From assembly GCA_050943415.1 (NCBI GenBank), contig JBMNPD010000004.1, positions 1-58,986 of the forward strand: a stretch of 58,986 nt of DNA, given 5' to 3'. The notes below the pieces were generated by a model that saw nothing but the letters and a program-made list of their open reading frames with translations, made no database searches and was not told where the DNA came from. This document shows, one piece after another, positions 51,962 to 58,986 of this stretch. This DNA is from Candidatus Dojkabacteria bacterium (lineage in GTDB: Bacteria > Patescibacteriota > Dojkabacteria > SC72). Each line of letters starts with the position of its first letter. The first letter of the stretch is position 1. The translations under genes were made by a program, and so were the position numbers.

Positions 51962-53206
51962 CTAAACCCTTCTTGTAAGAGTAACACCCTCTTTAAAACC
52001 ACACGGTTGTATACATGTATAGTCAGGGAAAGTACATCTTGCACCTTTAGAGTGTTGCTTGAGATATTCAAGAATATCAGGATCAGAATTATTCTCTAAG
52101 AACCTATCTAAAATATTCTTTGTTGCTGTTTGAGTCTCTAAAAGAACGTGAGTACATAACCTTTCCTTACATTTAAGAATGAAGTTTGATAAAGTACCCT
52201 GCTCGATGATGTCTACCATCTGTCCCTGAGGAAAAGTATCTTGTACTAACTTCATATCAGCTATCCACTCTTTACGATACTTTGGAAAACTATCAAGTAA
52301 GGTTGGTACATATGCACTAAATTTTTTTGGAATATACATCTGGTAATCAAGAGTTCTATGTCTATGCAAGTGTCCTAATAGAACAAAACTACCAGTATAT
52401 ATTACGCTGTAGGATGAACCAAAATTCTCTTTCCAGAGTAGTCTTTTTTCATCTTCAGTTGCAAACAAGGATAATTTTCTTTTTTTCTCGTTCTTCTGAA
52501 GTTGAGGTATTATTAAACCAAGCTCTTCTATCTGCTTTAAAAACTCATTAATATATGGGGAGAGCTTCTGTGATATAGCATCATTCTTTTTATCATCGTA
52601 ATCTCTTAACCATTTACATATTCTGTTTAATTGTCCAAGAGGAATACTGTATGTCATATTTGTTGGAGCAAAAACAGTTAGAAAATATCTAGCATTCTCT
52701 TGTGCTAGTTTGGTGATTTTTCTCTCATCAAATACATTACCGTATTCTTTAGATATTAACTTAACAAAGATATCAAACCATTTGTTGTATAGAGAGAGTT
52801 CTGTCTTTGTTAGCGATTTATCTTCTGTAGGTTTAGTATAACGATATGACCTTTCAGTAGTTGTATACTGATTCTCATTATTTAAAATCATTGCCAAAAT
52901 CTTTGGAATATTGGTTAATCTTAATGATATTTGAATATGATCATATACACTGTGGTGACCACTTTCTAATATATTCTCACTCCTTTGTAATGTCTTACTT
53001 GGTTCTTCATCATCAAAATCAGAAAAACCTTTTGGGCTGTAACATGCTCCTGCTATTCTTCCTGCTACTAACTTAGCTTCTTTTTTATCGAATTTTCCAT
53101 TGGGTAACAAAAAGTTAGTTAGAGGGCCTAACTCTACTACCATTTGATTAGTAGGCTCTATTTTCTCTCCTGTGTTGTGTGCAGTTTGTGTTCTTTTATT
53201 AACCAT
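51962..53206 (-). CDS. ThyX-fold (flavin-dependent thymidylate synthase-like) pseudo-dimer
   Basis: The N-half has GHHSVYDH and ...TTERSYRY but NEN in place of RHR. The C-half has LGHLHRHR plus LLETQ (Q.EI-like). At 414 aa it is about twice a canonical ThyX. Confidence 0.55.
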   Translation of the reverse strand: MVNKRTQTAHNTGEKIEPTNQMVVELGPLTNFLLPNGKFDKKEAKLVAGRIAGACYSPKGFSDFDDEEPSKTLQRSENILESGHHSVYDHIQISLRLTNIPKILAMILNNENQYTTTERSYRYTKPTEDKSLTKTELSLYNKWFDIFVKLISKEYGNVFDERKITKLAQENARYFLTVFAPTNMTYSIPLGQLNRICKWLRDYDDKKNDAISQKLSPYINEFLKQIEELGLIIPQLQKNEKKRKLSLFATEDEKRLLWKENFGSSYSVIYTGSFVLLGHLHRHRTLDYQMYIPKKFSAYVPTLLDSFPKYRKEWIADMKLVQDTFPQGQMVDIIEQGTLSNFILKCKERLCTHVLLETQTATKNILDRFLENNSDPDILEYLKQHSKGARCTFPDYTCIQPCGFKEGVTLTRRV

Positions 53207-53304
53207 TAGTTTGGGTGTTAAAATTATTTCGTAAAAAAACTATTGCTTCTTCGTTAATAATACCATATCATAAAATATATTCTAATTTAAAAGAATTAAG
53301 TAAA

Positions 53305-53547
53305 ATGACAATAGGAACATTAGTAGCCTTAATAATATTGGCAATTATAGGAGGAGCAATAGCAGGCCTCATAACAAAAAGTCTCGTTGTAGGAATAGGT
53401 TTTCCTGTATTACTGATAGCTTTCTTCCTGATGAAGAAAAGTTTAGATAGGGTTAAGAGAGAGGCACCTACAACATCATCAGAGGTAGAACAGAAAAATG
53501 ATGAGAACATGGAAGAAATTCCTCCTGTTGACAATCCTCAACAATAG
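53305..53547 (+). CDS. small membrane protein
   Basis: Starts at the ATG at 53305 (MTIGTLVALIILAIIGGAIAG...). It has two TM helices and an acidic tail. Confidence 0.4.
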   Translation: MTIGTLVALIILAIIGGAIAGLITKSLVVGIGFPVLLIAFFLMKKSLDRVKREAPTTSSEVEQKNDENMEEIPPVDNPQQ

Positions 53548-53622
53548 TAGTTGGCAAATTTCTTAGAGATTAAAGTTGTAAATATTTCGAATTATATTTC
53601 CAAGATGTATAATCAATGACAA

Positions 53623-53696
53623 GGACGATTAGCTCAGCTGGTTAGAGCACTACATTCACATTGTAGGGGTCATTGGTTCAAATCCAATATCGTCCA
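53623..53696 (+). tRNA. tRNA-Val(CAC), no encoded CCA
   Basis: The acceptor stem is GGACGAT...ATCGTCC-A. The anticodon arm is CTACA-TTCACAT-TGTAG and the T arm is ATTGG-TTCAAAT-CCAAT. A TATAAT lies at 53608-53613 upstream. Confidence 0.9.
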
Positions 53697-53762
53697 GTTA
53701 TTTTGTGTACAAATTAGAATCTAAAGAGTGAGTTAATTACCAAATTAAAATAATAATTTACG

Positions 53763-54401
53763 ATGGATATTTCAGGTGTTAATAAAAAAGAAATTTTAAG
53801 AGAGTTAGGAAAAATAGGAATTACTGAGGATAATGTACTTTCTGTATATCTGTTTGGCTCTAATTATTGGGGTTATGCTAATGAACAAAGTGATATTGAT
53901 TTGTATGTAATAGTTAAGGAAGATGTAGGTTTTAAACAGTTAGATTTAGGTAAAATATCATTTAGATATATTTGTACTTTAGAAGAAACAAAGGAAGCAA
54001 TATTGAAAGGTTCTTGGGCTAGATTCTATGTGTTGAAGTTTGCATCAAGATTGTTAATAGGGAAGAAAGTTGTACTTCCAAATTATCCAAAAGAAAAAGC
54101 TTTAGCATATATTGATGGTAAACGGGAGGATGTAGAGAAGGTAGTAGAATCTCCTCTTAAATGGGGATATATGACATTAATGGTACGTATATTTTTAATA
54201 AATTATCTTTTTCTTGATATTAATAGTTTTGATTTAAAAGCATACGAAAAATGTAATTTGTTAAGTGAAAAGGAAAAAGAATTTATCGACATGTTATATG
54301 ATAATCTGTTTAATCATAAGGATGTAGATATACAAGAAAAGCGAAAGATTGTTAAAATAATAGACAAACTAGAGGAATATATTAGAAAAAGACTAACATA
54401 A
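53763..54401 (+). CDS. Pol-beta-type nucleotidyltransferase with helical C-domain (KNTase-like architecture)
   Basis: Has the LFGSNYWGYANEQSDIDLYV (GS...DxD) motif and is 212 aa. Confidence 0.6.
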   Translation: MDISGVNKKEILRELGKIGITEDNVLSVYLFGSNYWGYANEQSDIDLYVIVKEDVGFKQLDLGKISFRYICTLEETKEAILKGSWARFYVLKFASRLLIGKKVVLPNYPKEKALAYIDGKREDVEKVVESPLKWGYMTLMVRIFLINYLFLDINSFDLKAYEKCNLLSEKEKEFIDMLYDNLFNHKDVDIQEKRKIVKIIDKLEEYIRKRLT

Positions 54402-54421
54402 AACAAAGAATTAGATATTGT

Positions 54422-54898
54422 TTACTTCACACTACTAGTACAGAAAGCACACTTTTTTGCATCTTTGTTAATCTCTGATTTACAATATGGACAAATTTTG
54501 AATTTCTTCCCCTTTTTCTTCTCTTCTTTCTTAGTAAATCTTTGTCCAAAACTAACTATTAAGAAAAGAACTAAAGCAGTAATGATGAAAGAAATTAATA
54601 CATTTATGAAGTTACCGTAAGTAATAACAACTGCACCAGCCTCTTGTGCTGCTTGCAAAGACTCAAACTTTTGCTTACTTAATGCAATATACATATTACT
54701 AAAATCGATACCAGATATTAACTTGCCAATAGGGGGAGTTAAAATATCTTTAACTAGAGAATCTACGACATCCTTAACAGCAGTTGCTAACATGAGACCG
54801 ATAGCTACAGTTAACGTAGAATCTTTCAATGCAAATTTTTTAAATTCCTGTATGAAGCCATTTGACTTCTCTTTAATATTAATCTTTTGTTTCTTCAT
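54422..54898 (-). CDS. mscL: large-conductance mechanosensitive channel with C-terminal zinc ribbon
   Basis: FKKFALKDSTLTVAIGLMLATAVKDVVDSLVKDILTPPIG matches the MscL TM1 region. The C-terminus is CPYCKSEI...KCAFC. Confidence 0.8.
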   Translation of the reverse strand: MKKQKINIKEKSNGFIQEFKKFALKDSTLTVAIGLMLATAVKDVVDSLVKDILTPPIGKLISGIDFSNMYIALSKQKFESLQAAQEAGAVVITYGNFINVLISFIITALVLFLIVSFGQRFTKKEEKKKGKKFKICPYCKSEINKDAKKCAFCTSSVK

Positions 54899-56102
54899 TT
54901 TTCTTTCGATTAAATTTAAATATTAAAAATATTACAGTAGACAGAAGTAATATACCATAGAGAATAACTTGATTGCGAATGACTTGGTCTAATGAATCAT
55001 TCCTGTATCTAAAAAGTAAGACCTGTAAAATTGAAACCAAGAACAGTATTACAATATATCCATATATACTCTGTGATATGAAATAGTTTGCAATCATATA
55101 TACCATTGCAAATCCAGTCATACATAATCCAAAAATTCCTAAATATTTACCTACAGATAGATACTGTTCTCCAACTGTTGCAGTAATTACAAAATCTGTT
55201 AGAAAGAAATATGCTAAAGATATTACTAAACCAATTCCTAAAGATAATAGTAGGGAAATTATCAAACTTTTTCTTCTACTCTTACTTTGCTGTTCATTAG
55301 ATACTCTTGCAAACATTACAGATGCAGTCATAACACAACTAAAATATACTAATTTTCCAAGTAGAGAAACTGCACCATACTCTGCTCTGAATGATTCATT
55401 GACTAAAACGAGATCTAGTGTATACGGTACTGTAAGAAGTAACATAAATATTGTAATTAGAATCAGTTCCTTGTAATCAGTCTTTATCTCCTTTCCTGTT
55501 TTGTTAACTTTCAATGTAGGTAAGACAAGTAATGTGGTTAAAACTGCAGGTAATGAGTTTGCTAAAATTAGTAAGGATATCTCTCCACCCATCCTAATAG
55601 CGATTGCTCCTATGCCAAATTTAAGAATAGTTTCTAACAGAAGTAGTAAATTAACATATACTATTCTCTCTTCACCTAGTAGGAATGCTTTGGATATTGG
55701 TGATACAAAGGCAAAGAAGAGAGTTATGGCTAAATATATGACAATATCTGTTGGTATGGAAGCTAGGGAAGAGATTGGCTCTTTTAATAGAATGAAGATG
55801 GTAGAAAATAGTAAACCGATAATAGTGAATTGGATTAGAGTACTCCATTTGTACTTCTCTAAATTGTTGTTGTCGTTTTTAGCAACGATTTTAGTAAGTA
55901 GAGATTGTATGGATGTTGCAGGAATTTGTACTAGGTATATGATTCCTAAGGCTGCTGTAAATACACTAAATACTTCTTTATTTGTATATTTAACTATGAA
56001 GATATTGAAAAGATAGTTTAGTACTCCAACTATTCCACCAAGTATTGTTGTTAGAAATAGATTACGTAGATATACAACTTCTTTTTTCTGTAAAAATTTC
56101 AT
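54879..56102 (-). CDS. polysaccharide/oligosaccharide flippase (MOP/Wzx-like)
   Basis: 407 aa with about 12 TM helices and no soluble domain. Confidence 0.65.
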   Translation of the reverse strand: MKFLQKKEVVYLRNLFLTTILGGIVGVLNYLFNIFIVKYTNKEVFSVFTAALGIIYLVQIPATSIQSLLTKIVAKNDNNNLEKYKWSTLIQFTIIGLLFSTIFILLKEPISSLASIPTDIVIYLAITLFFAFVSPISKAFLLGEERIVYVNLLLLLETILKFGIGAIAIRMGGEISLLILANSLPAVLTTLLVLPTLKVNKTGKEIKTDYKELILITIFMLLLTVPYTLDLVLVNESFRAEYGAVSLLGKLVYFSCVMTASVMFARVSNEQQSKSRRKSLIISLLLSLGIGLVISLAYFFLTDFVITATVGEQYLSVGKYLGIFGLCMTGFAMVYMIANYFISQSIYGYIVILFLVSILQVLLFRYRNDSLDQVIRNQVILYGILLLSTVIFLIFKFNRKKNEETKD

Positions 56103-56166
56103 TTTTTGGTTTTTCTTCTAAAAGTTATATATAATCATATACTTAAATTTGTAGGATTGTAACATT

Positions 56167-57306
56167 ATGTCAGAAGTAATAATAGGGATAGTTTGTTTAA
56201 TTGGAGGTATTTTACTTGGTATTGGTATCTTCTATATATTAAAAAAGAATCAAGCAGGTAGTAGTGAAGAGATAACAGAAACGATAGAGGGTAAGCTAAC
56301 GGAGTTGTTACCTGTTGTTTTGAATCAGGCTAATGAAGATCTTGTTAGAATGGCAAACGAGAAGCTTTCTTCTGAGACTAAGCAGAACAGGATTGATTTG
56401 GAGAATAAAAGAGAGGAGATTTCTAGAATGGTTAAGGATTTGGAATCGTATTTGAAAGTTGCGGAAAAAGAGAGGATTGATTCTTACGCTACTTTGAAAA
56501 CTTCTGTGGAGGAGAGTAGAAAGATTACAGAGCAGCTTTCTGTGAGTACAGAAGGTTTGAAAAAAGTGTTGTCTGATAACTCTGTGAGAGGGCAGTTTGG
56601 TGAGAAGATTGCAGATAATTTACTTAAGATGTCTGGTTTTGTAAGAGGTGTTGACTATGAATTTAACAAGGAGCAGGCTGGGTCTAAGACTAGACCTGAT
56701 TTTGCAATATTTTTGCCTGACAAAACCAGAGTGAATGTTGATTCTAAGTTCCCTTATGCTAATTTGCAGAAGATGTCAGAGACAGATGATAGGGGAATGA
56801 AAGAGAAGTATATGAGGGATTTTGAAAGGGATGTGAAGGAGAAGATTAAGCAGGTTACTACACGAGACTATATCAATCCTGAGGACAAGACTGTTGATTT
56901 TGTTATTCTCTTTATTCCAAATGAGATGATTTTTTCATATATATATGACAAGATGCCTGAGATTTCTGAGGAAGCTATGGCAAACAAGGTTGTGTTAGCA
57001 GGTCCTTTTAGTTTTACTGCAATATTGAGAATGATTAAACAGGCGTATGAGAATTTTAGAGTTCAAAAGAATATTTACCATATCATTGAGCATGTTAAGG
57101 CTTTTGAGAAAGAGTTTGCTAATTTCTCAGAATCTTTCTTGAAGATTGGAGAGAGGATAGGGGCACTACAGAAACAGTATGATACTGTTAGTACAACAAG
57201 ATTTAATCAGTTAACAAGAAGAGTAGACAAAGTTAAAGAAGAAGGATTGGAGAACCAAGATACCAATGTTGGTATCTTGGATTATCCAGTTGATTCGAAT
57301 CAATAG
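56167..57306 (+). CDS. rmuC: DNA recombination protein RmuC
   Basis: Has an N-terminal TM helix and coiled coil. The nuclease core is RPDFAIFLPDKTRVNVDSKFP. Confidence 0.8.
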   Translation: MSEVIIGIVCLIGGILLGIGIFYILKKNQAGSSEEITETIEGKLTELLPVVLNQANEDLVRMANEKLSSETKQNRIDLENKREEISRMVKDLESYLKVAEKERIDSYATLKTSVEESRKITEQLSVSTEGLKKVLSDNSVRGQFGEKIADNLLKMSGFVRGVDYEFNKEQAGSKTRPDFAIFLPDKTRVNVDSKFPYANLQKMSETDDRGMKEKYMRDFERDVKEKIKQVTTRDYINPEDKTVDFVILFIPNEMIFSYIYDKMPEISEEAMANKVVLAGPFSFTAILRMIKQAYENFRVQKNIYHIIEHVKAFEKEFANFSESFLKIGERIGALQKQYDTVSTTRFNQLTRRVDKVKEEGLENQDTNVGILDYPVDSNQ

Positions 57307-57309
57307 CTA

Positions 57310-57822
57310 CTACTTTTTTGAACTATCTTTACTCCATGCCAATACTCCTAAGAGTACTACTTCTCCCCATCCGCAAAGTTTGAGTAGTCCAAGATATTTG
57401 TCTCTGCCTAATCTCTCACATATTCTCATGTATGCAAGGACAGTAATAACGAGAAGTGCAATTGGGCCAAAGAAAGGTATAAGTAATAGGAATAGTAAAA
57501 ATGGATTTTTCTCACCGAGTCTAAGTTGAAGAATTGAACTTAAAACAGGTATCCAAGCAAACCATGGGCTAGGATCATCTAATTTTTGTGCAATTCTCAT
57601 TAAGGTAAATGAGTAGTATACATATGTTCCTAAAATTATTGGTAAAAATATGAACCACATAGCCACAACCATAGCGATGGCTTCTTCAGCATCAGAATCA
57701 TAACGATCGTAGTCATAATCGTAATTGTATCTGTATGCATTCCTACTTTGAGCGTATGACGTTGTAGTCATAGGCAAAAGGATTGCTAATGCCAAGAAGA
57801 GCGCAAGTAATATTTTCTTCAT
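57310..57822 (-). CDS. membrane protein (DUF5684-like)
   Basis: Has a signal peptide and a YNYDYDYDRYD tract. MRIAQKLDDPSPWFAWIPVL...LIPFFGPIA is similar to the DUF5684 pattern. Confidence 0.5.
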   Translation of the reverse strand: MKKILLALFLALAILLPMTTTSYAQSRNAYRYNYDYDYDRYDSDAEEAIAMVVAMWFIFLPIILGTYVYYSFTLMRIAQKLDDPSPWFAWIPVLSSILQLRLGEKNPFLLFLLLIPFFGPIALLVITVLAYMRICERLGRDKYLGLLKLCGWGEVVLLGVLAWSKDSSKK

Positions 57823-57969
57823 TAAATTATATGATTAAATTAAATCTTGTTTTTAGTATATCACACAGGTTAGAGAGAATATATATGGCTACTTTCTAAT
57901 TAGTTCAGAGGAGTAGATATATTTGTATTGAATATTATCAAGGTATTGATTGTCTTGATTCTATTTTTA

Positions 57970-58782
57970 CTAAAGCTTCTTTACATTTTTTATTATCAAA
58001 TCATCATCTAAAAGTATGTTTCCAGATTTCGTGAATTTTTCTAAATCACCTGAACAGAAATATTCTATGCTTAAATTACCAAATTCTGTAAGTTTACCAA
58101 TTTCTTTTAACTTCTCTTTGGCTATTTCTGCACATTTCTCTGCAGGACTGATTATATTTACATCTATACCTTTATTGTTAAAATAGTCTGCAATAAATTT
58201 GCTTAGAGCAGGAAAATGAGTACAAGAGAGTAAAACAGAATCTGGCCTAATAGTTACCATATCTAAGTACCTATGTACCACTTTCTTACCTTCTTCATTG
58301 TTAGAATTTCCGTTTTCTACTGTGATAACCATGTCTTGTGTAGCAATTCCTTCAACTTTGACATCATCTATTTCTTTCTTGAGGAGAGACTGAATAGAGC
58401 CACTGTTTATAGTGGCTTCTGTAGCTAATAGTAATATGTTTTTACATCCACATTCTTTTACAGCTAGTACTCCTGGATGTATTAGTTCAATAATAGGAAC
58501 ATCAGCAATTTCTTTAATTGCCTTAATTCCATAGATAGATGTTGTGTTACAACCTATTACTAACATTTTTATTCCCAACTTCCTTAATTTCTTGTAAGCT
58601 TCTACTCCTATTTTTGCAATTTCTTTTGGAGATTTTGTACCGTATGGGACATTTTTTGTATCACCAAAATAATAGAACTTTTCGTTTGGCATAAGGCTTA
58701 CCATAGGTTTGAGAATGGTTAGACCACCAACACCACTATCAAATATCCCAATTCTTTTTTCCGTATGATTCTCTTTCTGCAC
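57970..58782 (-). CDS. murI: glutamate racemase
   Basis: Has GIFDSGVGGLTIL, GCNTTS and SCTHFP. Confidence 0.85.
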   Translation of the reverse strand: MQKENHTEKRIGIFDSGVGGLTILKPMVSLMPNEKFYYFGDTKNVPYGTKSPKEIAKIGVEAYKKLRKLGIKMLVIGCNTTSIYGIKAIKEIADVPIIELIHPGVLAVKECGCKNILLLATEATINSGSIQSLLKKEIDDVKVEGIATQDMVITVENGNSNNEEGKKVVHRYLDMVTIRPDSVLLSCTHFPALSKFIADYFNNKGIDVNIISPAEKCAEIAKEKLKEIGKLTEFGNLSIEYFCSGDLEKFTKSGNILLDDDLIIKNVKKL

Positions 58783-58929
58783 TTGTTTATATTGTAAGCT
58801 AAATTTCTATATTCTTGTAAAAACAAAAACATTGTGATTTACAAAAATACAAAAATAGTATACCATTAGACAGTTTAAAATTATGAAAATCTACTTTCTA
58901 CTTCTAACTGCAACAGTTAAAATGTAAGT

Positions 58930-58986
58930 ATGAGAAACAAACATCTAACTGCTGCAGACAGAGGGGCAATTGAGATATTGCTCAGA
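58930..58986 (+). mobile_element. 5' end of an IS30-family-like transposase gene (truncated by the window)
   Basis: MRNKHLTAADRGAIEILLR matches the N-terminal HTH pattern KHLTxxxRxxIExLL of IS30 transposases. Confidence 0.35.

Noticed and set aside
305-56016. Many 60-198-aa ORFs in the track lie antisense inside well-supported genes. Examples are 305-517, 4520-4891, 4916-5512, 6312-6494, 6695-7072, 9665-10234, 13131-13505, 13785-14108, 16687-17178, 19413-19817, 21052-21465, 23923-24222, 29569-29955, 33435-33764, 36157-36471, 43449-44054, 51108-51365, 52327-53076, 53268-53534 and 55501-56016.
   Set aside because: Each is fully embedded opposite a gene with clear family motifs. Their translations are low-complexity (S/L/I/F-rich, as expected for antisense AT-rich DNA) and have no start-site signals.
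57266-57529. An 87-aa + strand ORF overlapping the end of rmuC and the DUF5684-like gene.
   Set aside because: It is antisense to a membrane protein with a coherent signal peptide and TM pattern. Its translation is Ser/Pro-rich with no motif.
1-58986. An alternative genetic code (UGA recoding, as in some candidate phyla).
   Set aside because: Conserved genes are intact with TGA as a stop, and several ATGA start/stop overlaps use TGA as the terminator (for example 6613-6616 and 46941-46944). No conserved domain is interrupted by an in-frame TGA.
1-58986. A diversity-generating retroelement, retron or prophage.
   Set aside because: There is no reverse transcriptase (YxDD) ORF and no template/variable repeat pair. 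There are no integrase, terminase, portal or capsid genes. Only isolated phage-like genes occur, at 46.4-49.3 kb.

Overview
The window is a visibly AT-rich, gene-dense bacterial chromosome segment. I count about 75 credible CDS and 4 tRNAs, with no rRNA and no CRISPR array. It reads cleanly with the standard genetic code, since TGA acts as a stop in several ATGA start/stop overlaps. The gene content includes a fused TsaC-TsaE next to TsaD, a bacterial Elp3, a long Ndk, many Nudix/HD/GNAT/UDG/MazG-type house-cleaning enzymes and a GT4 glycan operon. There are almost no biosynthetic genes and spacing is compact. Together this suggests a small-genome uncultivated lineage (CPR/Patescibacteria-like), which is inference only. 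The backbone genes are nadK, an ABC-2 exporter, a GT4-GT4-sugar transferase-recO-surface protein operon, elp3, ndk, two UDGs, tandem dcd paralogues, trxA, tsaCE-tsaD, tRNA-Asp/Leu/Val/Val, mscL, rmuC and murI. The most unusual parts are as follows. (i) At 25.3-29.4 kb there is a 0.5-kb structured non-coding gap with a duplicated near-perfect Shine-Dalgarno mimic and a 14-codon micro-ORF. It sits next to a five-gene island of unknowns: a basic protein, and two paralogous small proteins flanking a methyltransferase-gluzincin operon. (ii) The tandem dcd pair has complementary defects. (iii) At 44.16-44.58 kb a GC-rich palindromic repeat family encloses a DUF1016 nuclease gene relic beside tRNA genes. 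(iv) At 46.4-49.3 kb there is a phage-like operon (WDGH-like, PHP/RNase AM-like, HhH-like, DUF1653, DUF4178-like), followed by Fic. (v) There is a pseudo-dimeric ThyX-like gene. (vi) There are orphan nuclease-like genes (CdiA-CT-like, DpnI-like), and an IS30-like transposase start at the right edge. All calls come from motif recognition by eye on the supplied ORF track and sequence. No database search or folding program was run.
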